Positions 1 to 16,739 of a DNA stretch of 64,000 nucleotides are shown here, piece by piece. Where the stretch lies: positions 124,001 to 188,000 of the forward strand of contig CAVNZM010000006.1 of assembly GCA_963693365.1 (NCBI GenBank), in the 5' to 3' direction. The notes beneath the pieces were generated by a model. That model worked only from the letters and a program-made list of their open reading frames with translations. It had not been told where the DNA came from and did no database searches. A program made the translations under genes and the position numbers. Position 1 is the first letter of the stretch. Each line of letters opens with the position of its first letter. Source of the DNA: Amoebidium appalachense (Eukaryota; Protista; Ichthyosporea).

Positions 1-67
1 CCCACACCCCCCGCTCGCACACCCCTTCCTGCACCATGTGCTCACGCCCCCACCCCCCCCCCCCCAG

Positions 68-3650
<3,583 letters not shown>

Positions 3651-3976
3651 CCATCAGGTGGGCCCCTGTGTGTGCCTGTGCGTCTATGTGTCTGTGTGTC
3701 TGCGTGTCTGTGTGTCTGTGTCTGTGCTTGTTGTGTCTGACGGTTTGTGCTTACTATGTGTAGTGTGAAATTTGTGGGCGGGTGGGTGGGTGTGTGTGTG
3801 TGTGCTGGCTGTGTGCTTGTGTGTGTGTGTGTCGCGATAAGCTCACGAGCTCACCAGTACGTGCACGTGTTTATGCATAAGCACACATCCATGTGTGTTG
3901 TGTGTGTGGAGAGGGAGGGGGGGGGGAGGGGGGGGGACGGGTGTGGGTGTGGGGGGAGGGGGGAGGGTGGAGGGTG

Positions 3977-4051
<75 letters not shown>

Positions 4052-5367
4052 GTGTACTGGGGTGTGCCTGTGTGTGTGGAAGGAGGAAGAGGGGGGGGGG
4101 GGGTTGTATGTGTTTTGCAGATTTGTGTGCGCGATCAAGTAAGGAGAAGGATCATGGGTTGCCCAGCTTCTGCACTCTAGTGAGAAGCAAGACATAGCTG
4201 TGTGTGGGTGGGTGTTGTACGGTCGTTTGGTTTGAGCATGAAGTGGCTTGCGGTGTATGCACTGACACTGCATGTGCCACAGTGCACTGCAACTCGGTCT
4301 GCTCCAAATCCTGCAAATATCTGATGGATGTTGGCTCGTCCCGGGGCTGAATGATAGGCATCCAATCGAAGGGCATCCTTGGCATCGCAACAGTGGCTGT
4401 GTATTACATGTATTGGTTATGCCTAGTGGATAGATGCAAGTATGATGGGCATTAGCAGTGATATTTTATGCCAAAGCAAGGTGGGGCATGCTGTTACCGA
4501 AGTGAAAACCAGAACCTTTATTATAATTTGAGATAAAGCTTGTAGTTATCGTGTAAGTGTAGTGTATAATGGTGTAACATGTTGATATGAATATGGATGT
4601 AATCAGATAGCAGTGTGTGGTCTACTAATGATGTTTGTTTGGTGTTTTTTTGCTCGCGCTGGGATGGTCACTGAAGGAACCAATAGCAACACAGGATCCC
4701 ATTCAAGGAATTCCGATTCAACATGCCTTAGGATGGGTGCATGCGGCACATAGGGTGGTTTAACGAATGACCTATATTAGTAGCAACATAATCAGCTGTA
4801 CATAACATAAATATAGCGTGATAGCACGTGTTCTAGTATAGACCTAATAATAGCCACCGGTTTTCTCACGTTTGTCCGGCTGGGCCGGGCTGAACTACCT
4901 TCCGATGCAGCTATAGCACACTGCCAGAGTCTATGTGCACGTGCATATGTGCGATTGTGTCTGTAGGCTAATATTCAAAGTATGATAGTTGTTGACCTTA
5001 TAGCATATGGCATGTTCCACCCTCCCTCTCCCCCTACCCACAAATATATGGTTATGTCCGGTTAAAAGTTATGACCTGAGTTACCCCCCCCCCCCCCCCC
5101 CCTCCCCCCGCCACCGCCTCCACTTCCACAAACACAAGTACACGTACACTAGTATTATGTGCACATGGCCGACCTCGCGGCTTCCCCGTGAATGTGCGGC
5201 ATGATAAAACTGCATGTCCCGTGGCTTCTGGGCATACTTGAAAGCCCTAAACACATATTGGTGACGAGACATTGATGCCATGATGGTTTTTTTTTTGGTT
5301 TTTTTTGGTGTGTGCGTGTGGGTGTGTGGGTGTGTGGGTGGGTGGGTGGGTGGGTGGGTGGGTGGGT

Positions 5368-5415
<48 letters not shown>

Positions 5416-6378
5416 ACGTGTGTGTGGCCCAGTGGTGGTGGGGTGGGGGTTGGGTGGGTGGCCATGGGTGGTGGTGGTGGGGGGGGGGGGGAAGCGGGGT
5501 TGCAATCCTTATAAGGATCCCTGCATGCGGAGCATGACAATTGTCACATAAGGCACAGGCTGGTGTGTATCTTGGCAGGCGATACGATGTAATAACGTGC
5601 ATGGCGCCATGGCAAACATCCGTAGCTTCAAGCATGCAAGTGCACCATCTTCTCTCCCTAGTTACATAAGCACTCCACACGTAACACAACTGCGGGCATA
5701 CCGTGACGGTCACTGCATATATACGACGTCGTGGCCCACCTATGGTGAGTTTACCGCAGACTCACACGTCAGACTTTTGCAACTCGGGCTCAGCCGGCTG
5801 CCTATCGGCAAGTATCATGAGTATTACTATGTAGCGCGAGTGCACCCGCACTATATTAATACTAGTTGCAGACACAGTGTCTATGTACACCCGACAGTCA
5901 TGCAGATAGTAAGTAGTGCAGAGCTACAATGGTGTGCTGTTTGGGCCTATGCACGTGCGCACACATCCTAATTAACGCCTTTCCGTCTTGAACCACCTGA
6001 CTGATGAATCAACAGGGAGCCCGTATATGAAGGGGAGAAAGGATGATTGAGGGGTCACGGGGGGAGGGTGGGCTCAGGGGGGGGGGGGGGGGGGGGGGGG
6101 AGGGGGGACGTTGCACATGCGCATGCATGTGTATGTGTGTGTATTGTGTGTGTGTGTGTGCGCGCGCGCACGCGTGCGAGCACGTGTGTCAACGCCCCCG
6201 CGCGCCCCCTCGCCCCCGCGCCCGCGCTCCCGTGCCCCGCGCCCCGCGCCCTCGCCCTCGCCCCCGCCCTGGCCCTGGCCCTGGCCCTCTCTCGCCCTGG
6301 CCCTCTCTCGCCCTGGCCCTCGCCCTCTCTCGCTCTCTCTCTCGCTCGCTCGCTTGGGTGGGTTGGTGGAGGGGAAGG

Positions 6379-6410
<32 letters not shown>

Positions 6411-6600
6411 GGGCTGATGCTCTTAATAGAACGATTAGAATGAAAGGGCTCAACGGAACGTGCACACATACTCGTGCACCACGTTGCAGCAGATGGCTTG
6501 GCCCATGTGCCCGGCCAACTGCTCACTTTGTAATGTGCACACAGTGAAGGATACCTTGAATTCAATTCCCAAAACGCCCGCCGGCGGGGCGGGGCGGGGG

Positions 6601-6637
<37 letters not shown>

Positions 6638-6903
6638 CTAGCGCTTGAACAGTAAATTTGTGTAGGGAAGAGGGGGGGAGGGGGGAGGGCCCGGGATTTA
6701 CTGCCGGTGCAATAATCTTGTCGCTGATAAGACCATGGTTGCATGGCTGCATTTGGTTGGCACTGCTGGTAGGGTGTCCTCATTTTGGCACGTGCACCAT
6801 GCAGGGGAAGCCAACACACCCCCGTGGACCCACTGCACTATTTTTGGCGCTACGCATACTAAAACTATCGCCATATTGCCGCAAATAGTCGAGCTAAGCC
6901 TTT

Positions 6904-6942
<39 letters not shown>

Positions 6943-7322
6943 TTGGTTGTATCATGTGTATGCACGCAGAGAGAGCAATGTCGCCTTGAACAGATTTCGT
7001 TTCTGACAGTCACGATTCCTTTCTTTGAGATCATGCACATTTATGTGTCATTTGCCGCTCGCCAAATTGAATCCCATGACACGACACCGGGCCCCATTCG
7101 AATATGTACATAAATAGATGTAAATGATCCTATGTTTAGGGACTTGAAAATATAAACAAAATGTGTTCACAGGTAAATACCAGCAGATGTTAGGTGGGGT
7201 GTTGGTGGTGCATGAGTACCCTTTAAAATACGTGTGCACGTGTGAGGCAAGGTGTGTTGTGTGCACACTGTGTGTATCATACCGTGTGTTTTGGGAGTCA
7301 CTGTGGGGGTGGGGGTGGGGGG

Positions 7323-7529
7323 AAGGTGTTATTATAAAGTACGACGTACACATCTACAACGGACAACACAATGCAGAGTGCACACAACACAAAGAGTATG
7401 CATAATCAGCAGAGCCCATCCTCAGGGGGGCCCCACGACATTGATCCACAGTACCCGTGTTTTGGCCCATTCACCTCGTCGACAAAACACATCTCTATTT
7501 ATGTTTCCCTTCAACATGGGTGGGTCACC
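7323..7529 (-). mobile_element. Poly-C-associated element, diverged A-like copy
   Basis: Reverse complement reads GGTGACCCACCCATGTTG...GGGTACTGTGGAT..GGGCCCCCCTGAGGATGGGCTCTGC..TATGCATACTCTTT..CGTACTTTAT, with G runs on both sides on the + strand. Confidence 0.75.
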
Positions 7530-8173
7530 GGGGGGAGTGGGGTTCAATTCTTTTTGACAGGTTGGTTGTGTCTCCATGTATAACAGACGATATTAGCATT
7601 CACGGGCAAATATGTGTAAACATAGTGTGTGCTTGAACACTGTGTGTGTGTGTGTTTGTGTGTGGCGGGAGGAGGGAGGGGGAGGGGGGGGGGGATCAAA
7701 AAGATTCCAGTATTCGGGCAGTATCATCTGTTTACAGCAGACATTTTTATTGTGACGGCCAATCGTGCTCTTAGCACGGCAACAGTTTTAGCTGCCCTCA
7801 GCCATGCACGGGCCTACGATGTGCACGTGCATGCATGCGCTCACGTGCACATGCATAGGCTCACAGCCTTGCAAGATAGCTATTCAATAGTAGCAGTGTG
7901 TGCCCCCACCGTGCGCATGCATGCAGCCACACCAGCAACCACCTAGTAGACCTACGTACACAGAGTAATGCCGCATCACGTGACACACCATGCAACCAAT
8001 CAGGGGTGTTAACATGCATATACACATGGCCACTTTCATGCACAAACACTGATAGAGCCAGAAGCAGTCAACAGATGGCACAAATTCAACAGGAAAACCC
8101 TTCGTGCACATGCACCTGGTTCACAAGCACGAAGGGGTGGTGTGGTGTGGTGTGGTGTGGTGTGGTGTGGTGT

Positions 8174-8204
<31 letters not shown>

Positions 8205-8289
8205 GGGGGAGATCTGCGTGCATGGACATACATACCAACCATGCAGTCTCACTTGGTTTACAAGCACGTTCAGATAAGGTCAGAGCAGT

Positions 8290-8900
8290 CAACCATTGCG
8301 CGATCACAACAACCCACCCACAAATCAACCGATGCACACATCGGTTGACAGGGGCATCTGTTGTGGGTTGATGCGCACACCAACTCACAGCCGAAGCACA
8401 CAAAAACCAAACGCACGTTTCATCCACAGCCGTTGCAACCCACAACCCATGCACAAATCAACCGATGCACACCCTATGCGTATATCACCCGTTGCACACA
8501 TTTACCCACAAAGCAGGCACATATCAACACTTATCCATAACCCGTGCACAAATCAACCAATGCACACCCCACGCACATATCAACCGTTGCACACATTAAC
8601 CAAAAAATGCACACCCCACACGTATATCAACCGTTGCACACACAATACCTGTACAAATCAACATCAACCCACAACCCTTGCACAAATCAATCAATGCACA
8701 CCCCATGCCCACACTAAATGTTGCACACAATAACCCACAACACATGCACAGCTCCACATTTGCCCAAAACCCATGCACAAATCAACCAGTTCACACCCCT
8801 TGCGCATATCAACCAATGCACACATCAACCCACCACCATGCACACGTCAACCCACAATCGTTGTACGAATCAACCGATGCAGACAACTTCCCATGCAAAA
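8290..8900. repeat. Degenerate minisatellite
   Basis: More than ten recurrences of (A/T)ATCAACC(G/A)(A/T)TGCACA at irregular 25-60 bp spacing. Confidence 0.75.
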
Positions 8901-8965
8901 CCTTCATACATCTGTACCAACTATGCAAAGTGAGACCGGTCTGCAAGCACGCTGGGGTAGGGGGG

Positions 8966-9033
8966 ATTTAGAATGCCTTACAGAGCACAAAAAACACAAT
9001 CACGATGGACAACACAAACCCCATCCTCAAAGG
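8966..9033 (-). mobile_element. Short diverged 3' fragment of the poly-C element family
   Basis: Reverse complement CCTTTGAGGATGGGG..GTGTTGTCC..GTGCTCTGTAAGGCATTCTAAATCCCC retains TGAGGATGGG and the family 3' end. Confidence 0.55.
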
Positions 9034-9235
9034 AAGGTATATTTAACCAAAGGTGTTCTGCAAGCACCAACACCACAGGAAGCACTACTCAATCGTTGCA
9101 CACGTCAACCTAGGCAGAGACTTGTGCATGCACGCTGCACCAACCATGCAGATAACCCAGGTTTGCAAACACGTTTAACACGTTTAAAAAGGCCAGGGGC
9201 GCGGGGGAGAGGGGAAGGGGCGGGGGGGAGCGGGG

Positions 9236-9339
9236 TTGAATGCGTCATAAAGTTACGAATTACACAAACAACGACGGACAACACAATGCAAGGTGCAAAC
9301 CACACTTTGAATAGGAGTATGCATAATAAGCAGAGCCCA
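9236..9339 (-). mobile_element. Poly-C-associated element, 5'-truncated A-like copy
   Basis: Reverse complement TGGGCTCTGCTTATTATGCATACTC...TTCGTAACTTTATGACGCATTCAACCCC, between G runs. Confidence 0.75.
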
Positions 9340-12218
9340 GAGGTGGGGGGGGGGGGGGGGGGGAGATGGGATTGACATGTCATAGAATACAAATAATGCG
9401 TTATAGGAGCAGGGCGGGGGGGAGGGGGTGGGAGCAGGGGGTTATGCACAAAGAGCACCAATAACACAAACGCAAGTACAGGCAGCAACGGGACATAATC
9501 ATAGCTGCAGTAAGCAGGCTCAGAAAACCACAAACTCTAGTAACAGCCCTAGCAGCTCCTTTCGACTATTGAGTGCAGGCAATAACTAAGAACGTGCATG
9601 CCAGCAGGCAAAGTCCAAGCAGAAGAAGGCTTTACACAAACAAGCAGCGAGTGCCCAAGAGACGCAGAAATCACAACTTTCAAAGAGGCATATCTAAACG
9701 ATGTACGGTCATACCAACGTTCTCCTCGCTATAGACAATAAGACTGCACACCAACTACTGCTTTGCACGTGCCGTCACATGAAGACAAAAGGCATGCAAC
9801 CTAGCCGGAATAAAACCTTTACCCCTGGGGCGAAAGAGGGGGGGGGGGGGGGAGAAGGATTGTGCAATACAGGGCAGAAAAAAAGGATAAACGGATCCAG
9901 ACCACATTCCAATCCAAAAGAGGGTGAACGAGAGAACGAGCAGGGGAGAGGGGGTTGGGGGGGGGGGGGGGGGGGGGGTAGGGGGTGCATAGGCAAGCGG
10001 CCACACAAGGAGTACTGCGGCCGTGCCACGTGGAGGTGACAAGCGTACCTGTTTGGTTGCCCCACGGTTCACAGCCGCAACGGTCGCCTGGCAATTCTAA
10101 CTGCTGGAACAGGCGTATTGAGTTTGGTGCGCACTCAGCAAAACCAACGAAGGGCCGGTTCATGTGTTGGTCACAACAGCAAGCGAGCAAGATCCCGACG
10201 AGTACCCAACTGGATCCAAAGTAATCTGCACTGCAAGGAGCGCCTATTAAGAGATCTACACGGCATGGGCCAGGAACATCCGTACACCCCACAGGGTACG
10301 AGTGCGTGTACACCTCACAGGGCATGAGTGTTTGCTTACACGTCACACGCCATAAGCACCTAAATCGTGGTAGGCCATACCCATTGCCAGATGGGCAAGA
10401 TCCGAAGGGCCTTGCCCATGGCCAAACTACCAGCTCTGACACTACAAACAGGGCGCTCATCCTTGGCCTGTGGCCCTCCTGTGGCCGGTGCTTTGTTCGC
10501 TGGTTTTGCCTTGGCAACCATGAAGTGGTTTTCTGGCAAGGCCTCAAAGTGTGTTCCATTTTCGCAGCACGCAAACAATAAACTGGCGTGAAACTATGCC
10601 CCACAGGGCCAAAACAATCGCATTCCCGCCCGCTCAACCACTCGTACACGTGTACACCTGTGCCTCTTAGCCAATGGAATCCCGCCATCTTCTATCGCAC
10701 GTAAATAAGTTATTGGGTCAATGTCAGGGCTCAAAATGCTCCCACGAGGGGGTGTCGTTAGCACGGGTAAGAAGCATGCGTGATATTTAAAGCGCCAACG
10801 AGAGCTTTCAGAGGATTTTTCTTGGAGCAAAACAGTAATTATTTTAGAATATAATGAACTTTTTCATCATCACATCGTTTATATATATGTTTAGTATCGA
10901 AATACAAGATATAAACCTGGCTGTTTTCTCCCAGCACAAGCATGTACACCATGACACTCGAAGCTTGTACATGTGCCAGATGACGCAGCAGGCCCGGGTC
11001 GGGGGTCGGGGTGCGCGCCGCGCGCCGGAGGCTTAAATATATATATACACCCCAATATAGATTAGCACTGTTGATGTGCCCTCACAATAACCTATTGTTA
11101 ATTTTTGTAGCTGACAAGAGCTTTAAATCACATTTTAGGCCTAGATAGGAGAGCATATGCATCCGCTCCTTCAAATTATGGCGCCAGCGATGCCACTAAT
11201 GGCATATATCTCAGCTGTTCTAGGATGTCACTGTACGTGGTGATTTTGATATGCATACGAATTTAGAACGCAGTCGAGGCCTTTCGTAGCCTAAAAAAGT
11301 TCATGAATGCAAATATTTTTGCTTGACTATGCATATATATAATTTGAGTTCCCTTGCCGGGGCCGTCCACGTGTACACTTCACAATTCAGAATTCCGGTT
11401 GGGGGATAGAGATGTTGCCGCGCGCTCATTGGTCCGTGACCAACTAGCAAGCTCAACTAATCAAACAGGACTGTTTACATTACCAACCAATTACAGATAG
11501 CACATAATAGGAATTGTCTCCAAATACCTCAGAACTAACCTGAGCCAATCAACTGGCGGTAGCTCCCTCGTGTTACAGAATTCGGCAAAGATCTCCAACC
11601 GGTACTCTTTCTGCGCTATTCAAATCCCGGAAATCTGAAATAGAACGACTAAAAATTGTGAGTGCCCTTTCACACCCCCCCTCCCCCACACGCCATTGTC
11701 ACACATCTACATGTGGCGGGCCGGGCAGCTCTTCTAGTTAAAGCTAAATTTCATGTAGATCGTCTAAAAAGAACTATTTTGAATATAAAATGTACATTGA
11801 ATAAAATACCTTATATATTTATAACATAAAATCTTCATGGTGTGTTGCCCTCCTCGTAAAGGAACCCAATCAGATCGATGGGCGTGAAGGCATATCACGT
11901 GCCGCAATCAAAAGCCCCCCTAAATAGAGATTTACTGAAAAACGGGATGCCCAAGCATGCAGCAACTTTTACAGCAAAGCTGATTCGCATATTATCATGC
12001 ACGCATCTTGCTGCATGTTTTACTCACAATTCGTTCGCTGACGACGGCGGCGCTCTACACATGGAGAGTTTTGGCTCACAACGTATAAAAAGGTACGTAG
12101 CAGCCGGCCAGCTTCAGTTCGCCACGGTTGTGCTTGCCCCGCATCGTGTGTCTCTCCCAATCTCTGTTTGCGAGGGCGCCCCGCGGATTTTTCAACGTTT
12201 TCCCACACTCTCAACAAC

Positions 12219-15200
12219 ATGCCTCCCAATCAAGCCTCTAACGCCGTCGAGGTCGCCCGCCCGGCCGTCGATGCCACCGTCAAGCAGCAGGGTGACCAGC
12301 TGCTGGCGCAGACCGGCACGCAGAATGCCAAGGACTCTGCCGTTGCCCTCGTGCAGCTGATCAAGGGCCATGGCTTCCAGCTGCTTGAGGAGTTCTCCCT
12401 CGTCAACGTGCTCGGCGAGAACATGAAGAAGAACGGCAAGAAGGATGCCCCTGCCCGTGCTGGTGCCTGCATGACGGTCACGGCCCTGTGCCAGGAGGTC
12501 GGTGTCGGCATCGAGCCCTTCGTGCTGCCCCTATTTGCGCAGGTCATCGACCTGTTGGGCGACAAGGAGAAGCCCGTGCAGGTGGCTGCCACCGAGGCCG
12601 GCAACGCCGTCCTTGCCCTCATCCCCGCCAACGCCATCCGCACGGTCATGCCTGCGCTGCTGCAGAAGTCCCAGAAGTGGCAGTCGGCTCATTTCCGCAT
12701 GACGGCCGTCACGGCTCTGGCCAAGCGCGCCCCCATCCAGGTGGCACGTTGCATGCCCGACATCATCCCCTTCGTGTCCTCGCAGATGTGGGATTTGAAG
12801 AAGGAGGTTAAGGATTCCGCCAAGGAGGCTCTTCTGGCTGTGTGCGACTGCGTTGACAACAGCGACATTAAGCCTTTCGTGCCCAACCTGATCAAGTCCA
12901 TCGAGAACCCCAAGGAGGTGTGTTTTCTTGCAGTTTTTATGGAATGTGCTGGAACAGTAACGAGCAAACACGTTTTTTTGGCAACAACAACATATAGCGC
13001 ACATGCTCGCATAGCATGCACCACATTTGCAAGCACCACGGCATTGGCAACATGGATATGTAGCTAGCGAATTTTGTTGGTAATCTGCGCTAGCGAATTT
13101 TGTTGGTAACCTGCCAAGTTTTGATTTGGTGGGCCTCATGCATCTACGAGCTCGTGATTGGTGGATGGTAGCATGCACGTTCTAGTGGGCTTTTGGTTGT
13201 GTGAATGCAATAGGGGGACACGAGCACTACACGAGCACAAATTTACAGTTACAGTGGGCTTGGGGTTGTGTGCATGCAATATGGGGACACGAGAGAATTG
13301 CATTTTTTAATATGAGAATGAGAGTTCATGTGCAGACGAGATTTCTGACTGGTGTGCTTGTGCAGGTCCCCGAGACGCTGTACCTGCTTGCCAGCACGAC
13401 CTTCGTGCAGGTGGTTGAGTCCGGTGCTCTGTCCATCATCTCGCCTCTGCTTGAGCGCGGTTTCTCTGAGCGCGGCAACACGGTGGCCATCCGCCAGTGC
13501 GCCCGCATCATTGAGAACATGACCAAGCTGGTCGAGGAGCCCCGCGATATCTCCCCCTTCCTGCCCAAGCTGCTGCCCCGTCTGGAGCAGGCCAAGGTCG
13601 AGGTGTCAGACCCCGAGTGCCGTGATGTGTGCGGCAAGGCTGCCGACATCCTGACCCGCAAGGGTGAGGCTGCTGCCAACAGCAAGGCCAAGCTGCACGA
13701 CGTCGAGGCCATGCTTGCTGCCGTCAAGAAGGCTGCCGGTGGCGACAACCACAGCGACCTGTTTGTGCAGTCCCTCAGCTACATGAGCGCCATGGTGCTG
13801 ATGCTTGCCGACATCAAGGTCATCGATGCCCCCGTCTGGCACGCTGCCCTGACCCCCTACCTGGTGCAGTTCGTTGGTGGCCAGGACGTTGCCGTGCAGG
13901 TGGTCGATGCCATCCTGGGCGAGGTCGTCAAGGACATCACCCCCGAGGCCGAGGTCGAGGAGGAGGGCGATGCCGAGGAGCTCTGCAACTGCAACTTCCG
14001 CCTGGCCTACGGCTCCAAGATTCTGCTCAGCAACACCAACCTGCGCCTCAAGCGTGGCTACCGCTATGGTGTGCTCGGCAAGAACGACTGTGGCAAGACG
14101 TCGCTCCTGCGCGCCATTGCCGACCACCGTCTCGAGGGCTTCCCCACCGAGGATGAGCTGCGCACGGTGTTTGTAGCCACTGACATCCAGGGTGAGATGT
14201 CCGACATGACGGTGCTCGACTACATCTTTGCCGACCCTCTGCTGCGTGACTGTGGTGTGCCCCGTGAGGAGATGGCCAAGGTGCTCGACAGCGTCGGCTT
14301 CAACGAGAACTCCCCCGCCAACATCAACAGCCCCGTCGGCTCTCTGTCCGGTGGCTGGAAGATGAAACTGGCCCTGTCTCGCGCCATGTTGCTCAAGGCC
14401 GACATCATTCTGCTGGATGAGCCCACCAATCACCTCGACGCCTACAATGTCAAGTGGGTGGAGTCGTACCTGACCAACCTCAAGGACGTAACCTGCATCA
14501 TGGTGAGCCACGACTCTGGCTTCCTCGACCGTGTGTGCACGCACATGATCGAGATCAAGGACCTCAAGCTCAACATCGCCAAGGGCAACCTCAGCGACTA
14601 CCTGCAGAACCGCCCCGACGCCAAGGCCTACTTCGAGTTCAAGACGTCCAGCAACAAGTTGCCCTTCCGCTTCCCCGCACCAGGTCCCCTTGAGGGCATC
14701 AACACCAAGGGCAAGCCCATCCTCAAGATGACGGATATCACGTTCACCTACCCCGGTGCCTCCAAGCCCCAGCTGCGCGGCGTCACTGTGCGCTGCTCTC
14801 TGGCCTCCCGTGTGGCCTGTGTCGGTGTCAACGGTGCCGGCAAGTCCACCATGATTAAGCTTCTGACCGGTGAGCTGGTGCCCGACGCAGGGTCCGGTGA
14901 GGTGTGGAAGCACCCCAATGCCCGTGTGGCCTACGTGGCCCAGCACGCCTTCCACCACATTGAGAGCCACCTCGACAAGACGGCCAACGAGTACATCTTG
15001 TGGCGCTACCAGTATGGCAAGGACAAGGAAGGTCTCGAGAAGGTCACCATGCAGCTGACGCCCGAGGAGGAGGAGCAGATCAACAAGCCCTTCCAGGTCG
15101 ACATCACCGACTCTGAGGGCAACGTCAAGAAGGAGAAGCGCATCCTCGAGAAGTTCACCGAGGGCCGTCGCCAGAAGGGCAAGACCACGGAGTACGAGAT

Positions 15201-16391
15201 CGAGTGGCGCGGGTTCAGCGGCGAGCCCACGTGGGTGGACATCGAGGTTCTGCTCAAGCAGGGCAGCGCCTTCGAGAAGCTCATCAAGCAGACCGATGAG
15301 GCCATTGCCATGAGCGCCGGTGCCTACCAACGCCCCCTGACCATGAAGAACGTCGAGGAGCACCTCGAGGGCTTCGGTCTCGAGCGCGAGTTCGGCACCC
15401 ACACCCGCATCCGTGCCCTGTCCGGTGGGCAGAAGGTCAAGGTCGTGCTGGCTGCTGCCATGTGGAACTGCCCGCATCTGCTCATTCTGGACGAGCCCAC
15501 CAACTATCGTGCGTATTCCTTCCCTCATGCCTCCTCACAGCGTCGTGTTGCTTAACTAGTGTTGCTTAGCTTGTGCGGAGGGGTGTCTTGTGCTTTTTGC
15601 AGTGGTGTTTAGCTTGTGCTTTGCCCTTTTTTATTTGTGCCCTCCCCCCCCCCCCCCCCCCCCCACCTTCGATAAGTTGCTTGCATTTTTGCCCTGCCCC
15701 CCTTCAGTCACCCATCCTTTTTTTATTTGTGCCCTCCCCCCTCCCCCCCCCCCCCCACCTTCGATAAGTTGCTTGCATTTTTGCCCTGCCCCCCTTCAGT
15801 CACCCATCCTTTTTTTATTTGTGCCCTCCCCCCTCCCCCCCCCCCCCACCTTCGATAAGTTGCTTGCATTTTTGCCCTGCCCCCCTTCAGTCACCCATCC
15901 TTTTTTTATTTGTGCCCTCCCCCCTCCCCCCCCCCCCCCCACCTTTGATAAGTTGCTTGCATTTTTGCCCTGCCCCCCTTCAGTCACCCATCATATCAAC
16001 GACCCAACATGTGCTAACTAAACCTTCCCCCCCTGTAGTGGACCGCGAGTCTCTTGCCCAGCTTGCCGATGCCATCCGCGTGTACGAGGGTGGTGTGGTG
16101 ATGATCACGCACAACAATGCGTTCTGCAGTGAGCTGTGCCCCGAGGTGTGGCACTTGGAGAACAACACCCTCAACCTCAAGGGTGATGCCGAGTGGATGG
16201 AGAAGGCCATGAAGGAGAAGATCGAGGTCAAGGAGCTCGATGACGTGGTCAAGGACCGCTACGGCAACGACGTCAAGGTCAAGAAGGCCGACAAGAAGCT
16301 CAGCAGGGCCGAGCTCAAGAAGAAGGAGAAGCAGCGCAAGGCAAGAAAGGCCATGGGCCTGGCCTCAGAGTCCGAGGAGGACGACGAGTAA
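12219..16391 (+). CDS. eEF3: Translation elongation factor 3 (eEF3/Yef3-like ABC-F ATPase), about 1064 aa
   Basis: Exons 12219-12917, 13366-15508, 16039-16391 join in frame (DEPTNY/L/DRESL across intron 2). HEAT-like N-terminus; TTFVQVV..LSIISPLLERG; EELCNCNFRLAYGSKILL; ABC1 (GKNDCGKTS, LSGGWKMKLAL, LLDEPTNHLD); ABC2 (GVNGAGKST, VAYVAQHAFHHI, chromodomain-position insert, LSGGQKVKVV); Lys-rich then acidic tail. Strong C/G third-position bias. Confidence 0.96.
15625..15991. repeat. ~90 bp tandem repeat x4 filling eEF3 intron 2
   Basis: Unit CCTTTTTTTATTTGTGCCCT-Cn-ACCTTCGATAAGTTGCTTGCATTTTTGCCCTGCCCCCTTCAGTCACCCAT, four near-identical copies. Confidence 0.92.
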
Positions 16392-16739
16392 GTCATTGGT
16401 CGACCCGACCCGGCCCGTATCCATGCCCGTGGGGCCGATTAGAACCGAACCGAACGACGCGCCGACCCAAAAGGTCACCTCCCTTCTGAATGATGTTAGT
16501 GTGTTTGTAGCCGTGAACGTGAAATATGACCCGTCCCTTGGTGGTGTGCGGGCTGGCGGCCTGGTGCCGTCATTGTAGTGGCCTGATCTGATGTGTATAA
16601 TGCACGAGACGCAACTGGTTGCTTTTATTAATTAAACTGATTGATTTTGTCAACGTCATGACTGTCTGCGGCCGCCCTTCCCCTATCTCCCCCCCCCCCC
16701 CCGGGGGGGGGAACACATGCACATAGCGTAACACATAAT

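Noticed and set aside
8290-8900. CRISPR-like repeat-spacer array
   Set aside because: Repeats are short and degenerate, spacing is irregular, spacers are low-complexity and related, there are no cas genes, and the context is eukaryotic.
13606-15528. 640 aa ORF antisense to eEF3
   Set aside because: It is a shadow ORF caused by the strong codon bias of the sense gene; no independent motifs.
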